DNA of 64,000 nt from Armatimonadota bacterium (GCA_029547025.1 JAKPQA010000101.1:8705-72704), one strand, 5' to 3'; counted from the first letter of the stretch, positions 9,507 to 19,583 are shown. The notes: generated from the sequence alone by a model not told the origin. A program made the numbers and translations.

Positions 9507-9545
9507 GAGCGAGATTCGGCAAAAAAACCGGTTCGGCCCGCCGGC
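9507..9545 (-). terminator. Candidate intrinsic terminator downstream of the LamG-like gene (minus strand): short GC hairpin followed by U7
   Basis: On the minus strand, ...gccggcgggccgaaccggUUUUUUUgccg lies directly after the stop at 9561. The stem is short and imperfect, so this is weak. Confidence 0.3.
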
Positions 9546-9560
9546 CGGGGCAGGCCTCTC

Positions 9561-10361
9561 CTATTCCGCTGGGCGCAGGTACCCGCGGAGCTGCCGCATC
9601 CCTTGCACATACTCCGCCACCGCCGGAGCGTCAATGGCCCGGTCGAGTACGGCCAACTCGTCGAGGTACAGCGGCCCCCCCAGTGTCAACGTGGCCAGCT
9701 CATGAACCTCCCGGAAGACGCCGCCCATCACTGTGTACTCGCAACTCAGATCCCCGTCCGTGTAGACCTGGATCGTCGATGCCCGCCGGAACACCACTGC
9801 CGTGTGGTGCCAGACGCCCGCGCGAAGATCGGTGTGACCGAGCAGATCGAAGTCGTAGATCCCGTTGATGTTGCGGATGTCCTCGAAGTAATACACCTGG
9901 AACACGCCGGCCGGGCGTTGCAGGGCACACCACTCGCCTTGGCCCCGGCAGAAGAGTGCAATGTAGCCGCGGCCCGTCAGGCTGAATAGTGTGTAAGCCC
10001 CTTCGATTGTCAGGTCATAAGGCAACGCCCACCAGAAGCTCAGAGTCACCGGACGGTGGGGCGAGAAGACGCCGCTTCGGAGCACCAACGGCGCCTGCCC
10101 GTCCCGAATGTGCAGCCCCTGGCCGATGAACCCCGCACCGGCCGTCACCACAGGGCGCGCCTCATCGGTTCCCTGGGCCACGAGAACGGCCTCGGCACGG
10201 TTCACCTCCGGCGCGTCCAGTCCCCCTTCGAACGCCGAGTAGTACGTCGCGCCGCGATCGAACCACGCCGGTCCGTGAACGACGGGCGCCTCCTCGCCCT
10301 GCCCCAGCGTCGGCCCTCCCAGCGCCACGAACACAAGCAGCACTCCCCAACGGGCGCTCAT
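9561..10361 (-). CDS. Secreted concanavalin A-like lectin/glucanase (LamG-like) domain protein
   Basis: Start placed at MSARWGVLLVFVALG (an ATGA overlap with the upstream giant gene's stop). Signal peptide, then a beta-sandwich-like sequence with aromatic-rich strands (YTLFSLTGRGYIALF, VWHHTAVVF). The upstream 63 aa of the ORF are Arg-rich junk. Confidence 0.6.
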   Translation of the reverse strand: MSARWGVLLVFVALGGPTLGQGEEAPVVHGPAWFDRGATYYSAFEGGLDAPEVNRAEAVLVAQGTDEARPVVTAGAGFIGQGLHIRDGQAPLVLRSGVFSPHRPVTLSFWWALPYDLTIEGAYTLFSLTGRGYIALFCRGQGEWCALQRPAGVFQVYYFEDIRNINGIYDFDLLGHTDLRAGVWHHTAVVFRRASTIQVYTDGDLSCEYTVMGGVFREVHELATLTLGGPLYLDELAVLDRAIDAPAVAEYVQGMRQLRGYLRPAE

Positions 10362-13300
10362 CGCGACACCACCCGCAGCACGCGCACATCGTGCCGCTTG
10401 AGCGGGAGCACAAGCCCCCCGGTGCTCTGTGCCAGTTCGGCCCCCGTCTCCGCATCGGTCACGATGCAGCCACCGGGCATTCCGAGCGCTGCGGTGTCGA
10501 TGCGAACTCGGGCCGCCCGGTCCTCGTCGGCGTAGCTGACCACCGCGCACACCGCCTCTTCGCCGGGCACGACGTACACGATGGCCGGCAAGTCCGGGTC
10601 GTCGGTCGACATGGGCTGGGGCCGTTCATCCCAGTAGCGGTAGGCGTCAACGCCCGGCCGAGCGAGGATCTCGTCTACCGGCGCGAACAGCGCCAGTTGC
10701 TGCCTGCCCGCCTCCGACCACGCCGGGTAGGGGCAGTCGAGTTCGTGGACCATCGCCACGGCCGCGAACGTCCGTGCCGTCCAGGGGTCTTCCGCCTGCG
10801 CACCGTGGTCGTTCAGCAGCACGGGCCACGTCCCCGCCAGTTCACCATTGCTCACCAGAAGGATGTAGTCCCGAGGGAAACGGCCCTGGACGTCACCCTC
10901 GGAGTACTTCCACTCCCAGTCATACTGGACCGTCGCGAACGAGTGCAGGGGGAGGATGTTGGTTGAGGTCATGTGCGGCATGGTGATGGGCAGCATGCCC
11001 CGCTCGTTCATGAGCTGGAAGGTCCGTTTCGAGAGTTCCCGCAGGCCCCAGACGCCGGTCGAGGGCACGACTGTTCCATCCGACCTCGTATAGGCGGCCG
11101 TCTCGTGGGTGTTGTAGGACCCGGCGAAGAACCAGTTGTCCCAATAGACCCCCTGGTTGCCGCCGATGTCGAACGACTTGTCATACCAGTACAGCGCATG
11201 GTCGATGTACGACTCGCTGGGCACGATCTTGATCTCGCCGATGCCGTTCCCCTCACCGACGGTTCGATAGTTGGAAAGGCACCACTCGTCCTGGAACGTC
11301 TGAAACTCCTCGGCAAGCTGGTAGCTCGCCCGGTTATAGTAAAAGATCATCCTGGTGCCATAGCGCGAGGTCAGGTTATAGCGGGCGTGGGCCTCAAACG
11401 TCTTCACGCGCTCTTCACCATAGGGCTCGAAGTAGGGCCGTCCGCGGTCGATGACGGCCTGGACGTCGGCCTCGGACAGCCGCTCCCGGTTCCCTCGGGC
11501 GATCATCTCCCACAGGTACAGGTCCCGCCCGGCCGGGTACACCGACCCACAGTCCCCCAAAGCCAGCCAGTTGATGTCCGTCCCCAGAATCGAGTAGCCG
11601 TCCCGCCGAAACTTGTGCCGCCAGTCCGGCGCGAGTCGCGGCTTCACCGGAGCCGCCAGCAGCCCGAAGGTGATGGTTCGCGGCGCATCGATCACCAGTG
11701 GCCGGTTGATCAGATGCACCCGAAGCTGCACCTGGCCATCCTGCCGCACCAGCTCGAGATTGGGCGTCGACGGGTCCCAGCCCCACCCTCGGTCGTTCTC
11801 GGCGAACCAGCACAGGCCACGGACGGGCGTGCCCACATAGATATAGGAGCAGAAACGCGGCGGGATGTCGTTGGCCTGAACCCTTTCGGCTGTCCAGACG
11901 ACGCCCTCCCCCTCCGGCACCCTCTCATACAAGGTGTTGCGGATGCCATCGCCCATGGCGTGCAGATGCGTTGCCTGCGACTGGTCTACGGGTATGACCA
12001 GTTGGAGCCCATCGACTGATTGTCCAGCGGACGGTGCAAGTGTCAGGTCGACCCGCATCAGCCCGTCGTAGTCCCACGTGCACCCAACGTCGCCCTGGAG
12101 CGCCCCCGCGGTGATGGAGGTCCGCGCCACGGCCTGGTTGTCGGCCACCTCGGCAAAGGTAAGTGGCCCCGCCGTTACCGGCGCGTGCTCCCCACCGACC
12201 CTCGCCTCCCACCGCATCGGGGCGGCCAGGAGGGGTGCGCCCTTGGCCTCCACCTGGTCCCATAGGCCCGAGTCGCCCATCACGTGCTTCCGGAGCACCG
12301 TCCGCACATCGTGCCCGTCGACGCGGATCGGCTCGAAGGGCGGATAGACCGTGGTGCTCCGCCCGAGCGGTGTGTGTTCCCACTCGAAGCGCGTCCGCCG
12401 GAACGGCCGGACCACCTCGTCGGCGGGAACGTTCTCACCCGTAGCCTTCAGCGCGATCTCATACTCGCCCTCGAGTGGCGGCAGCCCAAAAGCGAGCTCC
12501 TGCCGGCCGTTCTTGAGCGCATCGAAACCAAAGGTATATACAACTTCCCCGGTCTTCGTCCGGACCACGCCGGTGAGCTCGCCCAGCACCGCATCGGCCG
12601 GCAGGTTGCTGACATCGGCCAGAATGCGCATGGTGTTGCCGTAGGGATAGTAGGCGAACTGGAAGTCGACCGGCGGCACCACGGCCTTCGCCACCGACCA
12701 TACCCACGGACCCGTGGCCGGCCAGCTCACCGTGCGGTCCAGAAAGGCCGGCCCGCCGTCGGCGCCGACACGAGCGACGAGCTCAAAGCGCTTCGTCGAC
12801 ACATCCGCCGCCTCGATCGAGAGCGTCCGCGACTCGCCGGGCGCCAGATGCAGCGCCTCGGACTGCTTCAGCTCGGGCATCAAGTCCCGCCCGAGAACCA
12901 GCGAGGCAGCCAGATCCAGCGGCCGTGCGGAGGGGTTCGTGACGACCAGCGCTGGCTTCACGTCGCCGGCGAAGTAGACCCCTCGCTGCAGGAGGCGGAT
13001 GGCCGGTGCCGGATCGGTGGTAAACGAGAAGACATCTGTGGGCTTGTACTCGACGCCCGACAGGCAGGAAAACGCCCACGGGTTCTTCCAGTTCCGGCAC
13101 AAGTTGATGCCCCACACGCCGTCGGTGGCGGTACGCCCCGGGGCGATCTGCTCGATGGGGATGCCGATCTCGCAGTCCCACACGCCGTCGTGCGTCGTGC
13201 AGGCCACGTCCCAGCCGCCGCGCCAGCCGGGATCGTCGGGCAGGCCGCCGTAGGCGTGCATCTTGTACCAGCGATGCCCAGCGGCATTGGCGAGCATCTG

Positions 13301-13669
13301 GAGGCGGTGGCCGGAGGCCTGGCCCAGCGTCGGGTCGATCCACACCTCGATCGAGTCATCAAACACCAGGTTCTCGGTGTCGCGGTCGACCTCGGTGGTG
13401 AGTTCACCCTCGGCCGGGAGCTGGGATCGGATGGCCAGGTAGAGATGAGTGGCCGTGGCGCCGATGATGCCGGTTGCTGTGCGGCGCTCGAGCGCGCCCT
13501 GCCAGGCGAAGCCATCGATCCACAGGGCTCCGGTCCACTCGTCCTCGCCAATGGCGCCGTCGACAGCGGGCGCGGCTGGCAGCAGGGGCAGGCGGTACTC
13601 GGCGGGGTGAGCGGCGGCGGTGCAGAGCAACAGAGATCCGAGGACCCATCGCGGGGCCATGAGCGGCAC
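10358..13669 (-). CDS. Large secreted glycoside-hydrolase-like protein (1103 aa) with an N-terminal CBM9-like/DOMON-like sugar-binding domain. GH family unassigned.
   Basis: Signal peptide MPLMAPRWVLGSLLLCTAAA. The N-terminal domain (DGAIGEDEWTGALWIDGF ... THLYLAI) resembles CBM9. A long C-terminal region has TIM-barrel-like acid/aromatic motifs (YWDNWFFAGSYNTHE, ITMPHMTSTNI). GTG start. Confidence 0.65.
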   Translation of the reverse strand: MPLMAPRWVLGSLLLCTAAAHPAEYRLPLLPAAPAVDGAIGEDEWTGALWIDGFAWQGALERRTATGIIGATATHLYLAIRSQLPAEGELTTEVDRDTENLVFDDSIEVWIDPTLGQASGHRLQMLANAAGHRWYKMHAYGGLPDDPGWRGGWDVACTTHDGVWDCEIGIPIEQIAPGRTATDGVWGINLCRNWKNPWAFSCLSGVEYKPTDVFSFTTDPAPAIRLLQRGVYFAGDVKPALVVTNPSARPLDLAASLVLGRDLMPELKQSEALHLAPGESRTLSIEAADVSTKRFELVARVGADGGPAFLDRTVSWPATGPWVWSVAKAVVPPVDFQFAYYPYGNTMRILADVSNLPADAVLGELTGVVRTKTGEVVYTFGFDALKNGRQELAFGLPPLEGEYEIALKATGENVPADEVVRPFRRTRFEWEHTPLGRSTTVYPPFEPIRVDGHDVRTVLRKHVMGDSGLWDQVEAKGAPLLAAPMRWEARVGGEHAPVTAGPLTFAEVADNQAVARTSITAGALQGDVGCTWDYDGLMRVDLTLAPSAGQSVDGLQLVIPVDQSQATHLHAMGDGIRNTLYERVPEGEGVVWTAERVQANDIPPRFCSYIYVGTPVRGLCWFAENDRGWGWDPSTPNLELVRQDGQVQLRVHLINRPLVIDAPRTITFGLLAAPVKPRLAPDWRHKFRRDGYSILGTDINWLALGDCGSVYPAGRDLYLWEMIARGNRERLSEADVQAVIDRGRPYFEPYGEERVKTFEAHARYNLTSRYGTRMIFYYNRASYQLAEEFQTFQDEWCLSNYRTVGEGNGIGEIKIVPSESYIDHALYWYDKSFDIGGNQGVYWDNWFFAGSYNTHETAAYTRSDGTVVPSTGVWGLRELSKRTFQLMNERGMLPITMPHMTSTNILPLHSFATVQYDWEWKYSEGDVQGRFPRDYILLVSNGELAGTWPVLLNDHGAQAEDPWTARTFAAVAMVHELDCPYPAWSEAGRQQLALFAPVDEILARPGVDAYRYWDERPQPMSTDDPDLPAIVYVVPGEEAVCAVVSYADEDRAARVRIDTAALGMPGGCIVTDAETGAELAQSTGGLVLPLKRHDVRVLRVVSR

Positions 13670-13970
13670 CTCCCGAAGCGCAACTCAGGAGGCTTCCCCG
13701 GTGCCGATGTGCGGCCCTGCGTGGCGTACGCGACGCGACCGGCCCGATGTAGGAGGCCACACTACCGGCCGGTCGCGCCAATGCGTCGTACGGATATCGT
13801 TCCACACTGCCCCGCGCTATCCTCTTGAAGTCTTCCGGAAGATCCCTGTGGGGCGACGCCCAGGCCCCGTCTTACCCATTCGAGGCGCTCTCGACCGCTG
13901 CGGGTAGGTCGCTCCTCAGGGCCGACGGGGCTTAGGTCGGCCGCCGGTCCACGCCCAAGGCTCACTCGCC

Positions 13971-16900
13971 CTACTCCCCTGTCTTCCCGGCCGCGTACCG
14001 CAGCATGTTGCGCAGCAGGCGCTCGGCCACGGGCTCGCCACCGAGTGTCTCTCGAACCCGCAGGCTGTTCAGGATCACCCGGCCCTTGCCCAGCGGGTAG
14101 ACGGCGACGAACAGCCCCGAGGAGTAGTCCTGTGAGGCGTTGCAGCCCCCGGCCACGGCCTCCGTCGGCAGTGGCTGGCCGTTGAAACCTACATCGGGGA
14201 TCAGCTCGGCGTAGACCTCGTAGTCCATCAGCCCGCCGGCGGGCAGGCCCTCGAAGATCGGGTGCGCCTTGGCCCACTCGTCTTTGTGGTAGAGCCACGA
14301 GGCCAGGCCGACCACGGCGCCCTTGGGCGAGAGCGGCATCCAGCGGACCGGGTCATCGCCCTCGCGGAATGCCTCCGCGCACAGGAAGACGGCGGTGGAG
14401 CCGGCCTCGATGGCCCGCTGCACGGCCTGCCAGCCCTCAGCGCCGCCGGCCACGCTCGCGGTGACCAGGATCACCTGAGGTGCCGTGAGGTCGGCTCCGC
14501 CCAGCGGCCGGTGCTCAATGCCGTGGCTCGTCAGCCACTCGGCCACGGGGGGATCGTCGCTCGCCAGTACCACCGGGCGCTCGATCGCGGGCATGTCGGC
14601 GGGATCGAACACGCGGAAGTTGATGTCGCCGCCCGCAGCGGCCCCGCCCTGGCCCATGCTGGCCACGAACCGGTACTTGCCGGCCGGGCCGTCGATCCGC
14701 AAGTCCTCGGCGAACACGGGGATGGCGAAGGGCAGCTCCTGTCCCTCGGGGATCCGCACCGTGACGGTGCGCACCAGCGGCCGCGACATGTCTGGGCCGA
14801 CGACGGACAAGTGGATTGGGTACTCACCGGGCCGGAGAGCGTCTTCGTTGGCCAACACGGCCTCGAGCCGGATCTTGCCACCACGGTAGACCGTCCGCGG
14901 CTCCGCGAACAGGCAGAGTCTCAGTGGCGCCCAGGCGTCGAAGAGCGCGTCGATGGTCTCGGGCTTCAGTTCTCGGAAGGTTGTGAACAACCCCTCGCCC
15001 GTCATGCCCTGGTCGACCGTGCCGGTCAGGCTGTGGCCGATGACCGTCGGATTAGCCCGGATGGCGTTGAGCCCGTAGAGCCGGTGGCGCGACATCTGAC
15101 GCTGGCTCTCGAGAAAGAAGTCGTCCGGCCGCGCAAAGCACTCCGAGAGCTTCCACTGGTCCCAGTCGACCATGAATCGGTCAAGTTTGTCGCGGTAGAA
15201 CACCGCATCCTCGACATCGGTCTTGCCCAGGCGCTCGTAGTGCCGCGCGGCCCGGACCAGATCGACGGCACTGCCCACACCGTACTCGGAGATGAACATG
15301 GGCTTCCCGCCCTGCCCGAAGGTCCGCAGGGTGTGGATGACCGACAGGGTGTGCGGGACATGTTGGTACGGATGCTGGTCGGCTATGGTGTCTTCCCACT
15401 CACTCGAGCCCGGGTTACTGAGCGGGCCAAACTGCCCCTCGGCCGTCAGCGTCTCGGCGACGGGAAAGCGCTGGAAGGTCGAGGAGTCGGGCCTCTCGCC
15501 GGCCGCGAGCCAGCCGTAGTCCCACGGCGCGGTCTGCTCGCCCTCAGCCACGTAGTCGGTCGCGGCGTCGAAGACCTTGCCGCCCGCGCGGATGGTCAGT
15601 GCCAGCGCCGTGGTGTCGGCACCATAGTTCCCGTTCCCGTAGCCCACCGGGAAGTCGAGGAAGTCGCCCTTCCGCACACTGAGGGTGCCTCGGTACTCGG
15701 CCCGTGGGCCGCCGGGACCGACGTTGATGAGCCCGTCCCACACCACCTCGCCGGCATGCAGGACGTGCACATCGGTCGTCGCGCGCTCGGCGATGGTCGA
15801 GAAAACGGCCTCAACCTCGACCTCGCCGTCGATGGGGCTGATCCACCGCAGAGTGCCATACTCGCCGCCCTCACCGGGGTGCAAGGCCAGCTGCCCGGGC
15901 TGCCAGGTGATGCCGAGTCCCTGGATGACGTGCGTGGTGCCGTTCCGAGTCACACACGGATCCGTGCGCTCCGCCCGGCGCCGGACCTCGAGTCCGGCCA
16001 TGGCCGCTCGGCCCGCACCGGCCCACGACCCGCTGTTGAGCATCACCATGCGCGTGTCGTCCAGCGACCGGACCAGCGGCAGGTCGGCCACCGCATTGCG
16101 GAACACCGCACCGTCGGGGGTCTCGTTCAGCAGGCCCCAGATGGTGATGCTGGGGTGGTTCCGGTCGCGGAGGATCATCTCTCGAAGCGACCGGTCATAG
16201 CGTTCCTTCATCTTCGGTGAGTCGGCCAGGCACCAGCTCCCGTAGTGCTCCTCATAGACCATTAGCCCAATCTCATCGCACAGGTCGAGCTGGTAGCGGG
16301 TGGCCACACCGGCGATGAACCGGATCGCGTTGAAACCCATCACCTTCACGTTCAGCAGGTCGCGTCGAAGCATGTCCATGTCGGGCGGGAACTGCAGCCC
16401 GACGGGGGCGCAGTTGCCGGTATGGGAGCACTTGAGATAGAGGCGCTTGCCGTTGAGCCGGAAGGCGCCGTTCTCGAACACGAACTCGCGGAACCCGCAC
16501 CGAGCGGATCGCTCGTACGTGGCGCCGTCGGTCAGCCGCAGCCGTGCGGTGACCCGGTAGAGGTTGGGGTCCTGGATGTCCCACAGCCGTGGGTTGGGCA
16601 CGCGGAGGCCCCGGTGGATCGTTGTCAGCCCAGCGGGTACCTCGATCGAGTCATCGAGTGTGGCGACGGCCTCGCCACTGGATCCCGGGGCGCAGGCGAT
16701 GTCGAGCTCCACTTCGGCCGGCGTGGCGGCGCTGTTCCGGATCTGCACCTGGGCATCGATGGTGCCCGTGTGCGTATCGGGGCGGAGGAACAGGTCCTCG
16801 ATCCACACGGCGGGCACCTGGAGGAGCTCGACCGAGTCGGTGATGCCGCCCTGGGCGAAGGCGGAGCCGGCACCATAGGGGATCACCCGGTTGCGCCCGG

Positions 16901-17399
16901 GTGTCTCGCGGAGCACGTAGCCATCGATGGGCTCGTTCGTCGGGTTGAGCACGCGGACGGCCAGCTTGTTTGGACCATCGGTCCGGATCACGGGTGTGAC
17001 GTCGAGGACGAAGGGCGTTTCGCCGCCCTCGTGGCCGCCCACATGGGTGTCGTTCAGCCACACATCGGCCAGGTAGTCGACGGCCCAGAACCGCAGCAGC
17101 GTGCGGCCGCCCGCATACGGGTTGGCCGGGGCCTCGAACTCGCGCCAGTACCAGGCGACTCCGTGGTAGGCGGGGAAGGCGTCCTGGATGATCCACGGGA
17201 CCTTGGCTGGCCGCACGTCGCCCGTCGGGCCCTCCCACCACCCGGCCTCGCGCCCCGCATTCTCCGGGTCGATACCGAGTTGCCACGTGCCATCCAACGA
17301 AATGACCAGCGAGTTGAGGCCTTCCGGGTAGGCGCGGTGCATGGGGGTGGGTCCACCGGCGACCGTGCAGCCGAGCATGGCGGCGAGGAGCGAGGGCAT
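13971..17399 (-). CDS. Glycoside hydrolase family 2 (beta-galactosidase/beta-mannosidase/beta-glucuronidase clan), 1142 aa with extra C-terminal domains
   Basis: N-terminal sugar-binding domain motif (VAWYWREF...VWLNDTHVGGHEGGETPFVLDVT), TIM-barrel region with NHPSITIWGLLNE (the catalytic acid Glu of GH2), and long C-terminal beta-sandwich and ThuA-like segments. Confidence 0.8.
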   Translation of the reverse strand: MPSLLAAMLGCTVAGGPTPMHRAYPEGLNSLVISLDGTWQLGIDPENAGREAGWWEGPTGDVRPAKVPWIIQDAFPAYHGVAWYWREFEAPANPYAGGRTLLRFWAVDYLADVWLNDTHVGGHEGGETPFVLDVTPVIRTDGPNKLAVRVLNPTNEPIDGYVLRETPGRNRVIPYGAGSAFAQGGITDSVELLQVPAVWIEDLFLRPDTHTGTIDAQVQIRNSAATPAEVELDIACAPGSSGEAVATLDDSIEVPAGLTTIHRGLRVPNPRLWDIQDPNLYRVTARLRLTDGATYERSARCGFREFVFENGAFRLNGKRLYLKCSHTGNCAPVGLQFPPDMDMLRRDLLNVKVMGFNAIRFIAGVATRYQLDLCDEIGLMVYEEHYGSWCLADSPKMKERYDRSLREMILRDRNHPSITIWGLLNETPDGAVFRNAVADLPLVRSLDDTRMVMLNSGSWAGAGRAAMAGLEVRRRAERTDPCVTRNGTTHVIQGLGITWQPGQLALHPGEGGEYGTLRWISPIDGEVEVEAVFSTIAERATTDVHVLHAGEVVWDGLINVGPGGPRAEYRGTLSVRKGDFLDFPVGYGNGNYGADTTALALTIRAGGKVFDAATDYVAEGEQTAPWDYGWLAAGERPDSSTFQRFPVAETLTAEGQFGPLSNPGSSEWEDTIADQHPYQHVPHTLSVIHTLRTFGQGGKPMFISEYGVGSAVDLVRAARHYERLGKTDVEDAVFYRDKLDRFMVDWDQWKLSECFARPDDFFLESQRQMSRHRLYGLNAIRANPTVIGHSLTGTVDQGMTGEGLFTTFRELKPETIDALFDAWAPLRLCLFAEPRTVYRGGKIRLEAVLANEDALRPGEYPIHLSVVGPDMSRPLVRTVTVRIPEGQELPFAIPVFAEDLRIDGPAGKYRFVASMGQGGAAAGGDINFRVFDPADMPAIERPVVLASDDPPVAEWLTSHGIEHRPLGGADLTAPQVILVTASVAGGAEGWQAVQRAIEAGSTAVFLCAEAFREGDDPVRWMPLSPKGAVVGLASWLYHKDEWAKAHPIFEGLPAGGLMDYEVYAELIPDVGFNGQPLPTEAVAGGCNASQDYSSGLFVAVYPLGKGRVILNSLRVRETLGGEPVAERLLRNMLRYAAGKTGE

Positions 17400-17620
17400 G
17401 GCGAGTCATCTCACTTGGACGAGGTCGGCCGCCAACGGACCGCAGCCGGGGGGAGGTTCGCCGAGTAGGCGGGGAGAGTCCTGCTGGCGAAGGGGGGAAG
17501 CGTCCGAGGCGGAAAGAGGGGTTAGGCAGAATGGTACGCACTTGGCGTGCTTCGGCCGGCCGGCGCCCGGCCCCGAGCGCGTCTACGGGCGCCGCCCGCA
17601 GGCCAAGGTCAGCACACGGT

Positions 17621-17823
17621 CGAAAACCGGTGACAGTCACGAATGGCACGCGCTTAGGGTCGGCACCCACGCACACCCAACCGTAGGCGAGGCTCCAGCC
17701 TCGCGCGAAGTGGCTCTACAGGCCGTTGTGAGCCGAGGCTAAAGCCCCGGCTACAGAGGTGATGTGGCACGCCTCTGGCATTGGGCTTATGTGCGGGCCA
17801 TTCGTGACTGTCACCGGTTTTCG
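17621..17823. repeat. Perfect 27-bp inverted repeat (cgaaaaccgGTGACAGTCACgaatggc / gccattcGTGACTGTCACcggttttcg) flanking 149 bp. MITE-like element or paired palindromic operator.
   Basis: Read directly. The left arm is 17621-17647 and the right arm 17797-17823. The arms are exact reverse complements, and each contains the internal palindrome GTGAC-A-GTCAC. The 149-bp core has its own small palindromes (gcgaggct-cc-agcctcgc). There is no flanking target-site duplication. Confidence 0.6.
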
Positions 17824-17879
17824 GCCGCCGTACCTCTTCGTCCAGAGGACGTCTGCGTTGGAGCGGGAGTGAACGCCCC

Positions 17880-19583
17880 ATGCTCATGCCCCTACTCGCC
17901 GCCCTGGCGCCGCTCGCCGCGCCCTACGCGTGGTACCCGGCCATCCCAGTGCCGAAGACGATCCTCGAAGTGCCCTTCGCCGGCGATGTCGAGGAGGGCA
18001 TGGTGCTCGAGTCGGCTGCGGGGCTGGCGGCGCGTGCCGCCTTGGCCGGGCGGTCGCGTACCCTCGTGTGGGAGCGGACGGGCAACGACGGGTACGAGCG
18101 CTGGTATGCGGGCTATTGCCGCGATCACCGGCCCGAGCGCATCGCCGTACCGCTGGACGAACTCGTGGCGCGCCTGCGCGACCTGCGCATCGTCCGCGGG
18201 TACGCGCTCTATCGCGCCGACACGACCACACGACCGCTGCACGAAGCTGGGCCCATGGACGTCAGCGCCAACGTGGCGACGTCGCTGGCGGGGAAGCTAG
18301 CGGCCATCGTGGTGTCGGAGAGGCTGGAGGCGCGGTTCCGCGCCCTCGGGCTGCCGTGCCTGTTTGACGCGCGGGGCCTCACCGAGGAGAAGTGCCTGGC
18401 GCGCTATGGGCGCGTGCTCTCGCGCCGGGGCATGGGCCTGGCCGACCCCAAGACGCGCAATGCGCGGTCGCTGATGATCGCCCTGGACATGGCCGTTGTC
18501 TCCGGCCAAGGCGCGGCGTACGAGCAGGCCCTTGCGCGGTGCGAGCCCGACACGCCGGTGCTGGGCTGGGGCTGCGGGACCGAGGACGGCATCACCATCC
18601 CTTCGTCGCGCTGGGGGCTGTTCCAGACCGCGACCAACTGGTGCCACAACCTGACCGTGCTGGCCTCGGAGGCGATAGCGGGGTCAGGACTCGTTTCACG
18701 CCGCCCTCCCGCAAGACGGGTTCCCAACCCGCCCTCAGACGCGCGGCACTACGTGTGCCTCACGATCACCGATGGAGACAACATCCAGTGGTTGATGGGG
18801 AACTTCGTCGGCGGGACGGAGGGCCGGTACTACTACGCCAACCCCCGGCGCGGCGCCGTGCCGTTCACCTGGGGCCTGCCTGTGCCTGGCCTGGCGCTCC
18901 TGTCGCCGCGCACGCTGGGCGAAGTCCTCGAGACGGCCACGCGGCGGGACGACTTCGTGATGTACTCCGGCGGGGGCTACTTCTACCCCGACCTGTACGG
19001 AGCTGCACGGCCAGAGGCCCGTGCCCTGGAGCTGCACGCCGAGCGGCTGCGGGGATACTGCGACCGTACGGGCATCCGCATCCTCGCGTTCAACTTCCAG
19101 GATTGGGACTCGGAGGCCGCCCAGCATGCGTGCCGGGTCTTCGCCCAGCACATTCCGGGACTGCTGGGCATTCTGGCCTTCCAGTATTACCCCTACTCGG
19201 CCGGCGAGGGGCGCATCCTGTGGGTGGACGGCCCCAACGGCGACCGGGTGCCGGTCGTCTCTTGCCGCTACACGGTGTGGGCGGAGACGGGCCGCCCGCG
19301 GGACTCGACACCAGCCGCCATCGCGGCGGAGCTGAACCAGCTCCCCGTCGAGGAGGGTGGCACGTTCTCGTGGGTGCTCGTGCATGCGTGGTCCTACTTC
19401 CGCCACTCGCCGGGCAGCAATGACCCGAAGGCCGAGGAGCCGGGTCCGTCGCCTGACGTGGCCGATCCCGCCCTCCAGCGCGGCTACGACCCGGCGCTCT
19501 GGACGGTCGAGCGCCTCGCGCCACACGTCGTGCCGGTCGGCGCGGAGGAGCTGCTGCTGCGCATCCGAGCGCGGGGGGAGTGA
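17880..19583 (+). CDS. GxGYxYP-family putative glycoside hydrolase
   Basis: 567 aa. Contains the family-defining GGGYFYP motif (VMYSGGGYFYPDLYG) and an N-terminal signal peptide MLMPLLAALAPLAAPYAW. It is divergent from GH2. Confidence 0.75.
   Translation: MLMPLLAALAPLAAPYAWYPAIPVPKTILEVPFAGDVEEGMVLESAAGLAARAALAGRSRTLVWERTGNDGYERWYAGYCRDHRPERIAVPLDELVARLRDLRIVRGYALYRADTTTRPLHEAGPMDVSANVATSLAGKLAAIVVSERLEARFRALGLPCLFDARGLTEEKCLARYGRVLSRRGMGLADPKTRNARSLMIALDMAVVSGQGAAYEQALARCEPDTPVLGWGCGTEDGITIPSSRWGLFQTATNWCHNLTVLASEAIAGSGLVSRRPPARRVPNPPSDARHYVCLTITDGDNIQWLMGNFVGGTEGRYYYANPRRGAVPFTWGLPVPGLALLSPRTLGEVLETATRRDDFVMYSGGGYFYPDLYGAARPEARALELHAERLRGYCDRTGIRILAFNFQDWDSEAAQHACRVFAQHIPGLLGILAFQYYPYSAGEGRILWVDGPNGDRVPVVSCRYTVWAETGRPRDSTPAAIAAELNQLPVEEGGTFSWVLVHAWSYFRHSPGSNDPKAEEPGPSPDVADPALQRGYDPALWTVERLAPHVVPVGAEELLLRIRARGE

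Noticed and set aside
7815-9989. 724-aa plus-strand ORF (Arg/Pro/Gly-rich)
   Set aside because: It is entirely antisense to three minus-strand genes with recognisable domains (bpsA-like, lipoprotein, LamG-like). Its composition is typical of the reverse-frame artefact of high-GC coding DNA, and no motif was recognised.
12783-13683. Several 150-250-aa internal alternative-frame ORFs inside the large GH genes (for example 12958..13683, 12783..13343, 14262..16220 on the plus strand, 652 aa)
   Set aside because: They are nested within, or antisense to, long ORFs with clear glycoside-hydrolase motifs. Pro/Arg/Gly-rich composition without motifs is expected from 70% GC DNA.
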